Assembly (NCBI RefSeq): GCF_006345805.1
Contig: NC_043005.1
Span: forward strand, 27,466,001 to 27,530,000
Source of the DNA: Octopus sinensis
Lineage: Eukaryota
Length of the DNA stretch: 64,000 nucleotides
Direction of reading: 5' to 3'
Below the pieces are notes generated by a model. It was given only the letters and a program-made list of their open reading frames with translations. It was not told the DNA's origin and did no database searches. A program made the position numbers and the translations under genes. Positions 25,955 through 39,727 of the stretch are shown one piece after another. Every line of letters begins with the position of its first letter. Positions within the stretch are counted from its first letter, which is position 1.

Positions 25955-26235
25955 GTGGGGGGGGGTTGTAAAACGTGACACAAAGGAGTATTCGATTCTT
26001 CAAGCTGAAAACAAAAATAGCAATTAACGAAAGCAACAATGACAACCACCCCCCCACAACACATCCCATCATCATCATCATCATCGTTGACACCAACTAT
26101 ATAACAGCCAATAGCTCCATCCAGTACAACACCTAATTAAATAATAAACACTTCTGGAAAATCGGTGTGCTTGGAGTGGAGGGGCGGGGCGGGAGAAGGT
26201 AGAGCAAAAAACAGAGTTGGTGGCGAGGAGGGCGA

Positions 26236-26288
<53 letters not shown>

Positions 26289-26350
26289 GGGTCGAGGAGT
26301 AGGATGTATGTGAAATAACACGTGTCATAAAAAAAAAACGTGTGCGCATG

Positions 26351-26430
<80 letters not shown>

Positions 26431-26917
26431 CACACACCTATACATCAACAGTATGCATATATTTGGGTTTCTACATATACGCATGTACATATGCGTATAT
26501 ATATATATATAATATATATATATATAGATATATATATACACATATATATATACACACACATATATATATACACACACATATGCATATATACAGACACACA
26601 CCTATACGAATAGATCAACTGTGCATATGACTGTGTATGAGTTAGTATGTGTGTGTATTTATATATATATGTATTTATATATGTATATGTATATAAATAA
26701 TAAATAAAACATGCATATATACATACATATATGTACATACTTACATCTATATGTATATATACATGCATATATATGAGTACAAATAAACGTAGAACACAAC
26801 GAGAAACGAAAACACACACACATATATATATATTATATATGAGAGAGAGAGAGGTGAGTGTAGTAACTACCAAAATCGACGGTGACATATTCTGCCTTTT
26901 CAATAACTTAAAAAGTA

Positions 26918-27079
26918 CCTATTTTAACGTGTATAAGGAACCCCTTTTTGTCAAAAATTAGGTTTAAAAAATATGGGAGTTTCTTATACATGGATAGTAC
27001 TATAATACCTTACAAAACCTTTTTTCCAAATTTTAAGCCCCCCAAATTAAGGGCTTCCTTTATACACGTTAAAATATGG
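26918..27079. mobile_element. Tc2/pogo-like MITE
   Basis: TA then cctattttaacgtgtataagg; inverted at ctttatacacgttaaaatatgg. Confidence 0.75.
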
Positions 27080-27209
27080 CAAAAACGATCCGTCAGTGTT
27101 TCAATGAAGTAAGAGACATTTTGAAAGTATCTTAGCGGTAACAGCTTTCGATGTCAAGGCAACGCAAAAAGAGAGAAGCAGATGGATATATATATATATA
27201 TATATAAAT

Positions 27210-27260
<51 letters not shown>

Positions 27261-27347
27261 AGGCGCATACATACACACCGCCACCACTAATTTTAATATG
27301 AATATTCTTACTGCCTACATTTTAAACTGGTCCGCTACATAGACCAT

Positions 27348-27655
27348 GTGGAGGCACATGGCCTAGTGGTTAGAGCAGCGAACTCGCAGTCGAGGGATCG
27401 CGGGTTCGAATCTCAGACCGGGCGGTGCGTGTGTTTATGAGCGAAACACCTAAGCTCCACGAAGCTCCTGCAGAAGGTAATGGCGAACTTCTGCTGACTC
27501 TTTCGCCACAACTTTCTCTCACTCTTCCCTCCTGCATCTTGCAGGTCACCTGCGACAGACCAGCGTCCCGTCCAGGTGGGGAACCTATACGCCATGGAAA
27601 CCGGGAAGCCGGCCCTTATGAGCCAGGCATGGCTCGAGAAGGAACAAACAAAAAC
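27348..27655 (+). mobile_element. tRNA-headed SINE with V-SINE-like 3' segment
   Basis: A box tggcctagtgg, B box ggttcgaatc, segment cctgcgacagaccagcgtcccgtccagg recalls V-SINE bodies; ends in aacaaacaaaaac. Confidence 0.7.
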
Positions 27656-27759
27656 AGAGACCATAGATATCTATAATCTGCGCGATCGACTTACGATGAG
27701 GCTCACGGACCAAGAAAGGCTGCAGGGGCTAGATTAGCTCGCTAATCAAGTAGCAATAG

Positions 27760-28698
27760 ACGGGGGATAATTGTCAACAACTGGTGGTGAGGCGCCTTGA
27801 AGAGGGCGATTAAATACGAGTCGATAACCTTTATTAAAAAGCTAGTCAGAGAGAGAAACTGATTAAAACAAATTAGATGAGACGATTAGCAAAAGCATTG
27901 ATATCGACGAACTAGCAGTAAGAATGGCAGTTGATCATTTCTTTACCGTAAAACATAAATGCTATGTTGTCATAGTTAGTGCTCATGCGTGAAAACATGA
28001 GTGAACAAAAGCAGTTTGAGAGGCTCGACCGGTGGAGGTGTAACATAGGAATAAATCCACAATTCGGCCTTCTACGACCGGTTACATACTATTCAGTTCC
28101 AAGACGATATTTACGTCTTACCGGCAACACTTGGTTCGATTTTTCGGAGCGCTAGGTCAGCAACGGTCAAGGAATTTAGTGCTTCCTATCTCGACGGTAT
28201 ACAACAGCTCTCGACTGAAGACGTGGGGTATTACCAAAGATCAATAATAGTAGCTGGGAAACACGAAGTAATGACTGGTTGCACAAAGGACAATTCTCCT
28301 GGTTTTTTATGAGCGACCTCATCCGTTTTATGGTTATATGCCAGACTTGTTTGATGAACGTATACCGCAACTGGCAGTAGAACAGGAGAATTCTGTTCTG
28401 TGAGTGGGAGGAAGTTAACGTTGCTGAGAAAGGACGCAAATAAAGCGGGCATCGTAGATAATTTCCAACTCTAACCCAGCTAATAGCAGAATTAAAAGGC
28501 TTTCGTCCAGGTGTTAGCAAAGAGATTGGGGTTTGTCGCAAGCGTTTTGGTCGAGAAAGCGCCAACATATGCGTCTGCAGATTCACTTATGGTAACTGCC
28601 ACCTCAAACAATATATCATAGAGCGGTTGAGAAATAAACCAGGCCCTAGTGGGGCCCTGACCATTTTGTTGATCAAATAAAGAAATCCTCAACGTTGA
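27760..28698 (+). pseudogene. Degenerate L1/Tx1-clade LINE ORF2 (linker and first RT domains)
   Basis: Frameshifted peptides MTGCTKDNSPG, KDANKAGIVDNF, LTQLIAELK, VLAKRLGFVASVLVEKA, YIIERLRNKPGPSGAL, in the order expected for KSPG..DG, NFRPITLLN, RL and LD..KAFD motifs; multiple stops. Confidence 0.75.
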
Positions 28699-29204
28699 CG
28701 GAGGACCATCACCACCATCACCACCATTATCATTATCTTCATGATCATCGGTATGGTTGTTTGTATGTTTATAATTTTTTATGTTTGTGGTGTTTATCTG
28801 CAGACTTAATTTTACAGATTAAGCCAGAAATTTCATTCTGGAACTGTAAGAGGTTCTCGGTTATTTCAAACCGTTTTGAATTGTACCGATTTAAGTTGTT
28901 TAATTTAATGAAGCCAAGTTAATTTTTATGTGGGAGATGTGACTTACCTTGTTAAATTTAACGATATTAGATAAATATGTTGCGCGCACACAAAACACGT
29001 TTAGCGTTGAAGTGTCGGGGTAAAGAGTACACGACATCATAGATGAGATTCAATTTTTATTTTGGTTGAGTAAGTTTCTTGCTACTCTGAGTTTTGCCTG
29101 TGGCTGCAGAGGATCTTCGGGCAAATTATGATTCTTTCCATCCACAGACAAAACTCACAGCAACAACAGACTAAGTCGATCAAAATCATGTGTGTGTGTG
29201 TATG

Positions 29205-30003
29205 CGTGTGTGGCAAGTAGCTTGCTTACCAACCACATGGTTCCGGGTTCATTCCTACTGCGTGGCACCTTGGGCAAGTGTCTTCTACTATAGCCTCGGG
29301 CTGACCAAAGCCTTGTGAGTGGATTTGGTAGACGGAAACTGAAAGAAATCCGTCGTATATATGTATATATGTGTATGTATGTGTGTGTTTATGTTTGCAT
29401 GTCTGTGTTTGTCCCCCACCAACATCGCTTGACAACCGATGCTGGTGTGTTTACGATCCCGTAACTTAGAGGTTCGGCAAAACAGACCGATAGAATAAGT
29501 ACTAGGCTTACAAAGAATAAGTCCTGGGGTCGATTTGCTCGACTGAAGGCGGTGCTCCAGCATGGCCGCAGTCAAATGACTGAAACAAGTAAAAGTGTAT
29601 ATATGTATGTATATATAAAAATGGAACAAAACGCAACATATATATATATATGTATATATTTCTTTTATTCTTTTACTTGTTTGTGGCCATGCTGGAGCAC
29701 CACTTTAAGGGTTTTAGTCGAACAAACAACCTGATGACTTATTCTTTGAAAGCCAAATACTTATTCTATCAGTCACTTTTGCTGAGCCGCTAAGTTACGG
29801 AGACATAAACACATCCACATCAGTTGTCAAGCGATGGTGGGGCGGGGGAGGGGGTAAACACAGCTACCAAATCCACACACAAAGCTTTGGTCGGCCCGAG
29901 GCTATAGAGGAAGACATTTGCCCAAAGTGCCACGCAGTGGGACTGAACCCGGATCCATGTCGTTGAGAAGCAAGCTTCTTACCACGCAACTACACCTGCG
30001 CCT
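29205..30003. mobile_element. Tail-to-tail family-A SINE pair (+29205-29595, -29668-30003)
   Basis: Two near full-length copies in opposite orientation about 70 bp apart. Confidence 0.85.
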
Positions 30004-30392
30004 TTACTGGGTTGGCCAAAAGTCACCTGACAGTAAATCAATATCATTTATTTCCAGGATTATTTCTGTTTAACAAATGAATGAATTTAATAAAAGCATC
30101 TAAATATGAAACATCATGAAAACTGTTCAAACTGAAGTCCTTGAGCGACACCATTTTTCCAAATGAATAAATATTGAATATCAAGTATTTATGGAATTTT
30201 GATATGAATGTGTGTGTGTGTGTGTGTGTGGTGTGTGTATGTGTATGTATATATATATAAGCGAGCTGGCAGAAACGTTAGCACGCCGGGCGAAATGCGT
30301 AGCCGTTACGCACTGGGGTCGATGTAATCGACTTAATCCGCTTGTCTGTCCTTGTTTGTCCCTTCTGTGTTTAGCCCCTTGTGGGCAGTAAA

Positions 30393-30439
<47 letters not shown>

Positions 30440-30441
<2 letters not shown>

Positions 30442-30610
30442 CTCGAAATACGAGAGTAAAAAACAGCTAACAACTGATGAAGGGTCGTTTTTTATGTTGT
30501 TTGTCTTGTTTTCCATTTGTGTCTTTCGTTGTTCGAAAAAATAGTTCATATTCCAGGTACTCGTCCTTCGTAATTTTTGTTGTACACTTTTCATGACGTC
30601 CTGTGCCCAT
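30440..30610. repeat. Unclassified interspersed repeat; inverted copy at about 49855-50030
   Basis: caactgatgaagggtcgtt...ttttccatttgtgtcttt matches the reverse complement of 49855-50030. Confidence 0.8.
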
Positions 30611-32148
30611 ATATGCATATATACGTATAGGTGTAAGTATGTACATATACGTTTGTGCATGTGTGTATATATATAATTATAATGATTGGACGCCACGCAT
30701 CCTCTTCCAAATATATATATTTATATAAATGGAACAAAAACGCAATAGAGGGCATTAAAATGTTCGGACAGATAGACGATACGTTGGCGAACAAGAGAAA
30801 CAACAATTAGAAGGACAGGCAAAAAAAGACGGGTCGATGGAGAATGAGATAGCGAGAGTATTTTTGAAATGTTATCTACGTTAAAAACAACCATTGGGGG
30901 TTTTTTTGTAGCTGCTTTTGGTTATTGTAAACAGTTTTAGGAATTTGAAATGAGCCATGTTACCCACAGCAGACCACAAATTAAACCATTATACCGAATA
31001 CAACAACAACACTTTCGTTTCCTTTTGCTAAGACATCAGCTGATAACATCAAACACATTCAGCTGTGTCTTTGCCGCATTCATATAACACCGCCACACCT
31101 TCATTCAAATTAATGTTGCTGGGTCTAAATATAGCCGACGGCACCACGCCGTCGAGACACACTTGACAACTGGGGAATTCTCTAGGTAAAAATAGCAGCC
31201 AAAACTCTCTCAAAGCAACACTGCATATCTTCAGGAAAGGAGGACATTGCTTAACTGTTTGGTCTAAGGAGGTTTTCTGCACACACAGAAATAACAGTCA
31301 CGACTGGAAAATTTCATACCACAAATTTGCTTAATCAGAGCTGGCCTGAGACTAAAACTTACACTTGCCAATGGCTTGGAGGGTGGGGGGGGGGGCGGCT
31401 CTAAGTATTCCTCAAATTTGCTAGAAATAGAATCCAAATTTCCCATTGTCTTAAGATGGAGTCTAAGTGGTGACTATATCTGCTAAAAATTGCAGCCAAA
31501 TCTCTCTATCGTCTAAAAAATAAGAGCTTCTGCGTGGTAACCAGCCCTTAAAAAAAATGGTAACTAGATCTGCTAGAAATAGCAGCCAAATATTCCTACC
31601 GTGTTTTTAAGGTGGGGGGGGGCATGTTAGATAATGTTAGCCGTAGATTACTCCTGGAATGTCTTTGATGATCATAATGTTTTGTTTTATCTAGGGGTTT
31701 GAGGCAATGGCGACGACGTAACAACGACCACACATAATAATAGTTCATCTAACACCCAGCCAGCCACCCCCTAACAATACAATAAAAACGCCATCAAAAC
31801 TACAAAACTCCTGCCTCCAATGCAATGTTATTATTATTAAATGACAAATCTACCCCCCAGCCTCCCACCAACCTCTTTCCTTCTCCCATCTTCAGCAAAA
31901 GGTTGAACGAGTGCACTTCTCTGCAACTCTTTGATCTAATAATTTGGAAAACAGCATTTTACACAGTAGCTGTCGTCGTCATCACCGCAAGCACCACCAC
32001 CAACCACCACCACCACCACCACCACCACCACCACTACGATTACTGTAACTGCTACCGACACCGCTACCCGTCTGCCACCTCCGCAGTTGTTATTTATTTA
32101 CTTGTTAAAACCACGAGAAGAGAGCAAAAAGAGAAACAGATTACAGAA

Positions 32149-32192
<44 letters not shown>

Positions 32193-32223
32193 CACACACG
32201 TGTGAGTGCGTCGGTGCATTATG

Positions 32224-32268
<45 letters not shown>

Positions 32269-32439
32269 CACATGTATGTATGTATGTGAATGCGTAAAAA
32301 AAAAAGGAAACAAAGAGAAAGTGAGAAAAATATGACAGAAATGTCTGGAAAGAATGAATACAAGAGAGATGGAAACCCAAGTAGATTAGAGACAGTTTGT
32401 GCGCGCGCGCGCGCGTGGATAGATACGGAGAGGGACAGA

Positions 32440-32780
<341 letters not shown>

Positions 32781-32871
32781 GATAGCTTGCCAACTTGATA
32801 GACAATAATAGAGACAGGTGAAAAGACAAAGATGGACAGACAGTATATATATACTATATATATATATATAT

Positions 32872-32917
<46 letters not shown>

Positions 32918-34131
32918 AGAGTTATGGTGGAAGAGATCTAATATTAATATATATATATATATATATATATAATTATATAGGGAACAGATTTATAAGGTAG
33001 ATGAAGAGAGAGATAGAGAGTGGTCTCCAGAAAGATTGTCACATCAACAGATCAAATTGATGTAGTTGTTACAGCATCATGTTGTGTTTAGCTGTGGTTG
33101 TGTAGTGACAGCGGTAGTGGTGGTGGAAAGGGCACTAAGGGCACATGATGGGGGTTGGTGGTTGCGATGGCAGAGATATAGTTAATGGTGTGTGTGGGGG
33201 GTGGAGGGGGAAGAGGTAAAGGAGGAGGAGGAGGTGATGGTAGGAAAGGGCAATGAGGGCAGTGATAAGTAAGGGGGTGGGGAGGTTGTAGTGGAGCGAG
33301 AGAGGGCAATAAGGTCAGTGAAGATAGAGAGAGAGAATGAGTGGGGGGTGGAGAGAGAGAGAGATAGAGGATGAGTGGGGGAGAGGGAAAAGGGGATGAG
33401 TGACGATAAATAAGTCAAGAGGTGGAGCATGTGGGGAGAGAGAGAGAGGAGATAGTAAAATGAGATTGATGTGAAGAACGAAATACATGAAGATAGAGAG
33501 AAGACAACAATAGAAAAGAGGAGAGAGAGAGACAAAAGAGAAAGACATATAGATATATGTGCACGTGAGAGGAGGAGGAGGAGACTGTGCGGAGGAGGGG
33601 GGGAGAAGAACAGATAGTTTAACAGCTAAAAAGCGAGATAGACAGTCACGAAAGAGAGGAGGAGGAGGAAGATGCCGCTGAATCAGAGAGAGAGAGAGAG
33701 AGAGAGAGAACAGAAGGGGGGTGAGTAGGAGGAGAAATGGGAGGAGTAAGCGAGGAAGAAAGCACTCAGTAACCTGAGCAGTTATTGATCTTTTCCAGGA
33801 TTTGCACTTGACCCAGGTTACTACTGCGACTACTACCACTATAGTAACAGCCCCCCCCCCACTCTATCATACTTACCTTCATTTCTCTCTCTCTCTCTCT
33901 CTCATACACTATCTGTCTCTCTCTCTCTCTATCTATCAATCTATTTATCTGTCTCTTTCTCTCTTTCTTGTTAGCTCATTCGTTCGTTCGTTCGTTTTGC
34001 TTTGCTTTGCTCGTTTGCTTTATCATCTCTTTTCTACCTTAGCAGTGCAGCTGATGATATTGCTGCCCCTGCTGCTGCTGCTGCTGATTACTTCTCTGTT
34101 CTTGTTGTTGCTATAGTGCCGTTAATTAATA

Positions 34132-34323
34132 TGCACCGATTAACCCCGGCCGAGTGCAGTACTCTCTCTCTTATTAGATATGTGTCTGTCTACTTCTCTC
34201 TCTCTCTCTCTCTTTCTGTTTCTTTCTTTCTTTCTTTCTCTGTATTGTAGCTGTCTAAAATCAGACATAACCGACTCAGCAACTTCTGATTGGCTGCGCA
34301 GGGAGGCAGAGTCATTCGGTGCA
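34132..34323. promoter_or_regulatory. Candidate promoter/enhancer: CCAAT box (34286-34295), two TGCACCGAWTRAC motifs, MRE-like TGCACTCGGCC
   Basis: Minus-strand AGCCAATCAG fits the NF-Y consensus; unique CpG-retaining sequence between microsatellites. No transcript evidence. Confidence 0.35.
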
Positions 34324-35204
34324 CACGCACAGAAATAAATATCAACAACAACAACGACGACGACGATGATAATGGTGATGATACATATTACAACAAAAAC
34401 GAAATAGGGGAAAAATGACATAAAAACGAACAATAAATGAAATACAAAAAAAAATAACAATTTTTTACCCCCACATTAAAAAATAGCCAAAGACGCTAAT
34501 AATAACATAATTATTCATGTACTAATGGGTGTTCGTGTATGTGTGTATATATAATATTATTATATATATATATATATATTATATTATATTATGAATGTGT
34601 GTGTCTGTGTGTGTATGTGTGTATGTATATACGTGAAGATACGCACAAAATTCTGTCTACCTACCTACCTATATACACACATACATGTATTATAAATGTG
34701 TGTGTGTGTACGTGTATAGATATATACACACACACACTATATATACACGTGTGTGTGTGCGCGCGTATGTGTGCGTGTGTGAAACCTGGCTAACCGATCT
34801 GTCCAGCGACGATCCTTGCAACACAAGTGGTCCGTGAAATTACATTCCGCTGCCCGTAAAATTCAAAGCTGAAACCCCGGAAAATTCAAAGAATAATAGT
34901 AGAGAAAACACAAAAATCTCCATTCTTTTGAACGCTATCATATATGTGTTGTTTGTATATATATCTACCCGTATATTTTACATACGAGGGGAGCGTTGAT
35001 GTAAATGTCTGTTATATACGTAGTAAGAGTACGAAACAGCTGTAAACGAATGAAATAAACATCTGTTCTCTCACCTCACTTATCTGTTTTACATAGGTAG
35101 GTAGGTAGGTAGGTAGGTAGGTAGACAGACAGAGATGGGATGGATGGATAGATAGAGAGGGGAGATGGATGGATAGACAGACAGACAGGTAAGTAAGTAG
35201 ATAG

Positions 35205-35299
<95 letters not shown>

Positions 35300-35589
35300 T
35301 AGACAGACAGATATATGAAGTGTTTCGAAGCAACTAGCTGGACTGAATAAAGGAGAAATCAGTGTGTATAGGGCCTAAGTGAATTGAAGGAAGTTTTGTT
35401 AAAGAAGGGGACAAGTAAAGCCTGGTATATTTTGCTTAAGCCATGGGGGAAGATGGTCAATAAAAGCCCCTGAAAAGGAGGCTAAAAAGGGAGAAGGATA
35501 AAAGAAACTGGATTGATGACATCATGGAGATGACAAGATTGGAAATGCAGTAATTAACAAGAGCAACAGAATAATAAAAATAATAATAA

Positions 35590-35766
35590 TTCTTTCTACT
35601 AAAGGCACAAAGCCTGAAATTTGGTGGGAGGGGATTAGACGATTACATCAACCCCTGAAAGGATGAAAGGCAAAGTTGACCTCAGTGGAATTTGAACTCA
35701 GAACATAGTGGCAGACGAAATACTGCTGTTTTGCCCAGCATGCTAACAATTCTGCCAGCTCACCAC

Positions 35767-35815
<49 letters not shown>

Positions 35816-35960
35816 GTTTCAAATATTGCTACAAGGGCAGCCATTTTGGAGGAGGGGTGTGTCGATTACATTGATCCCAGTGTTCAACTGGTACTTATTT
35901 TATCGACCCTGAAAGGATGAAAGGCAAAGTTAATCTCAGTGGAATTTGAACTCAGAACAT
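35590..35960 (-). mobile_element. Two tandem CpG-decayed family-B SINE fragments
   Basis: ctcagtggaatttgaactcagaacat versus ctcggcgg...cagaacgt in copies further left. Confidence 0.85.
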
Positions 35961-36694
35961 GACTAACAAGAGAGATGAACCCAGAACCATGTGGTTGGTA
36001 AGCAAGCTACTTACCACACAGCCACTCCTGCACCTATATATATATATATAACAATAAAACCCCTTGTATTTTAAAGAGAACTCTAAGTTTACATGTCAGT
36101 GGTTGTTGATTAGATTTGAGCTTAACGGACTTTCTCATTATGGGCATACATCTGTAACAGGCTTGATAACATTTTCAATGGGCCCTCAGACAACTACTTA
36201 TTTTATTTTCTATGACAAACAAAGCACACACTTTGGTCAAGATTTACACCAACAGAAGCTTCAGCCTTATGCAGTCATCTAAAATGAATCTTCAGCTCAG
36301 CAGTAGATTAGCACAACTTTAAAAGATAAAAAAAGTCCTCCCGCTCCTCTGATATCATTGGAACTGTATGTTCCTCAGCATCCCATATTGGTTTCCCAAT
36401 AAATGATCATTCATGTGAGCAGAGTGTTCATGCAGGAATATTTCTGGACTCTCTATCATTCAGAGCTTACACATACTGCAGTTTTCTGGCATGATGTTTC
36501 AATGACTATAATCTCAAAACTGTAGGCTATTTTCCCTCACAGACTACCATTCCCTTTTCATCAGTGCAGGATGCTCCCAATGAACAGTACTGATGTTCAA
36601 AGACTTAAGGTTGTATGCGCGGCACATTGGACAAGTGTCTTCTTCTATAGCCTTGTGAGTAGATTTGGTAGACGGAAACTAAAAGAAACCCATC

Positions 36695-36742
<48 letters not shown>

Positions 36743-36959
36743 ATCTGTGTTTGTCCCCTCAACATTGCTTGACAACCGTTGATGGTGTGTTTGCATCCCC
36801 AGTTCGGCCCAATAGAATAAGTACTAAGAATAAGTCCTGGGGTCGATTTACTCAACTAAAAGTGGTGCTCCAGCATAGCCACAGTCAAATGACTGAAACA
36901 AATAAAAGAATAAAAGAAAATATGTATGTATGTATGTATGTATGCAAGACATGCCAAGT

Positions 36960-38200
36960 TAAGTAAAAGTGTGGTTGCCCCTGCATACAGGCTCATCCCT
37001 TGCAGCCCTCTCCAGCTGAGCATCCCTAATCTTGCGGGCTCATAAACGCTGGTGCCACATAAAAAGAGAGCCGTGCCAGTACTGCGTGAAAGCACTCATT
37101 ACCCTCTGTAAAGTGGTTGGCATTAGGAAGGGCATCCAAGTGTAGAGACCATGCCAAAACAGACAGGGAGCCTGTTAAACTGTTCAACCCATGCCAGTAT
37201 GGAAAATACATGATGATGATGATATATAATATATATCTATATCTATATATGCATATACATACATACACAGACACACACACATATATATGCATATATATAC
37301 ACAAATACATGTGTATGTGTGTGTGTGAAGAAAACATACAAGCACACGTATATATTAGATATTTTGAAATGTTCATTATACGTCTACAAGCAGTAAAAGC
37401 TTTTAGCCATCACTGTGACATATAATTGACTCTGGTCAAATGTCTTTTTATAATTGATAGAAAAAGTAGGATACTAACCAGACTCTTATATGTATGTATA
37501 CATGCAAACTTACATATATACACACACATACACAGATATATATACATACAAGTGAGAAGAGGTCATTCAATTGTTTTAGGCGAGCAATAACCGAAATTCA
37601 CAGACTCCAACTATAACTATCGACCCAGCCCCATGAGAGCATAGAAAGCAGACATAATATGATAATGATGAAGACACACATTATATACATCATCTTCATC
37701 ATCATTTAACATTCGCTTTCCATGCTGGCATGGGTTGGACAGCTTGACAGGAACTGGCTAGACAAAAGGCGGCGAGCTGGCAGAAACGTTAGCACGCTGG
37801 GCAAAATGCTTAGCGGTATTTCGTCTGTCTTTATGTTCTGAGTTCAAATTCCACCGAGGTCGACTTTGCCTTTCATTGTTTCAGGGTCGATAAATTAAGT
37901 ACCAGTTGCGTATTGGCATCGAACTAATCAATTGGCACCCCTCTGCCTGGAGTAGCAAAGAAGCTGGCTAGACAAAAGAATGCACCAGGCTTCTGTCTGT
38001 TTTGACATGGTTTTTACAGCTGGATGCCCTTCTTAACACTAACCACCCTGTGGAGTGACTTTCTACAAGGTACCAGCACAGGTGAGGTCAGTTTTGGCCA
38101 GGTTTTTACAGTTGGATGCCCTTCCAAACACCAACCACTTTACATAGTGGACTGGATGCTTTTTACATGGCGCCAGCACTGGCAGGGTCACCAAGTAACT
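36960..38200. mobile_element. Cluster of RTE-tail-type repeats (family C) with a family-B SINE at 37768-37960
   Basis: Recurrent catcatcat...tttccatgctggcatgggttggac and ggatgcccttc..aac.ccaacca segments in both orientations. Confidence 0.7.
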
Positions 38201-38716
38201 TGCAAGACAAGGAATTTGAGAGGGGAAGGAGCACTGGAGGAGGTGATTTTTGCCAGGTGGTGGAAGGTTATAGTGCGGATGAGAAACAGAAACAGCTATA
38301 TATTCATCATCTAGCTTAGTCTGTTGTTACAGTAGACAAACTTGTCTACCACTTTCAGTACTGTTCCTTCAACAGATAGATGGTTTCACGTATGGGTTTC
38401 CTAGTACAGGCCGGAACATTGCAACAGTCTTGTCCAGACTAACGCTGAGTCCAAATGCCTTGCATGATGTAGAAGTATGGTCCGTGAGTATTTGTATATC
38501 TTCAGGTGCATGAGCAATTATGTCGCAATCATCTACATGAAGGAGGTCATGAATAAGAGACTGAAAAATCTTTCAAAATATGCACAATTATATATACACA
38601 CAACCACACATATATAGACTTGCATACACATTACATATACACACCTATGCACACACACACACACACACATATATACACATATACAAATATATAGCATACT
38701 CACACCCATATATATT

Positions 38717-38757
<41 letters not shown>

Positions 38758-38867
38758 GTGTGTGTACATATGTATATGTGTATGTGTGTGTGCGTGTGTG
38801 TATATATATATACACATACATACACACATATGGTTTATTATTAAAGCTGCCAGAACAATGAGAAACG

Positions 38868-38951
38868 ACTGCTACTCAGAGTTTCACATTCCCGTTTGTC
38901 GGACAACCACAACTGTCTGGCAAACGGGAACCTGAAACATTGAGTAACAGT
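38868..38951. other. 84-bp imperfect palindrome / hairpin
   Basis: Outer arms match at 16 of 19 positions and inner arms at 15 of 17 around a short loop. Confidence 0.85.
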
Positions 38952-39479
38952 TTTGTGTGATGTTTTTGTAGCTTTAATAATAATAAAGCATAACACTCTA
39001 CCTCCTGTAGTCAAGTACTATTTTTTCCCACCTTGTTTCACATTCATGTGCTTACTCTAGAATGTAAACATGCATATATATAAATTAAATTATACTCCCT
39101 AATATTATATATATATATACATACATAGACACACACACACACACATATATACATTAAATCAAATTAAACCTTCGAGATAGCAAAATGTAGGGAGCATATA
39201 TAATGTACACATGCATTATGCTAAAAGGAACTGTATTAAGAGAGAAAACATCTTCAGAGAATGAATGAATGATGGTGATGATAAGAGGCATGAGTTTTAG
39301 TGTGAGAAGAGGGAGGCGAAGTGGGGAGGAGGGGAATGTGAGGAACCATGGTATTGTCAATGGAAACAATGATTCAAGGGAAAGATCTGTCAGGTTTACT
39401 GCAGTTTATTAGAGATAATTGTGTAACATGTAATGGTGAAGCTCAGAACAACACCAATAATAATAATAATAATAATAAT

Positions 39480-39690
39480 ATTTCATTCTACTGGAAGTAC
39501 AAGGCCTCAAATTTGGGGGAAGGGAGTAAGTCGATTGCATCAACCCCAGCGTGTAACTGGTGCTTATTTAATCGACCACGAAAAGATGAAAGGCAAAGTC
39601 AACCTTAGCAGAATTTGAATTCAGAATGTAAAGATAAATCAAATACCGCCAAGCATTTTACCTGGCGTACTAACGTTTCTGCCAGCTCAC
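39480..39690 (-). mobile_element. Family-B SINE
   Basis: Similar to 17930-18140. Confidence 0.8.
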
Positions 39691-39694
39691 TGTC

Positions 39695-39727
<33 letters not shown>

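Noticed and set aside
27348-27420. tRNA gene
   Set aside because: A and B boxes are present but no complete cloverleaf; runs into a SINE body. The same holds for all other tRNA-like heads.
30440-30495. CTGATGA with upstream GAAAT as a permuted hammerhead
   Set aside because: No convincing stem III or cleavage triplet.
31131-31150. 7-bp GC stem cgacggc/gccgtcg as a Helitron end
   Set aside because: The nearest CTAG is too far downstream and no other Helitron features are seen.
34260-34340. Peptide APNDSASLRSQSEVAESVMSDFRQLQ on the minus strand
   Set aside because: No usable splice sites; better explained as regulatory sequence containing the CCAAT box.
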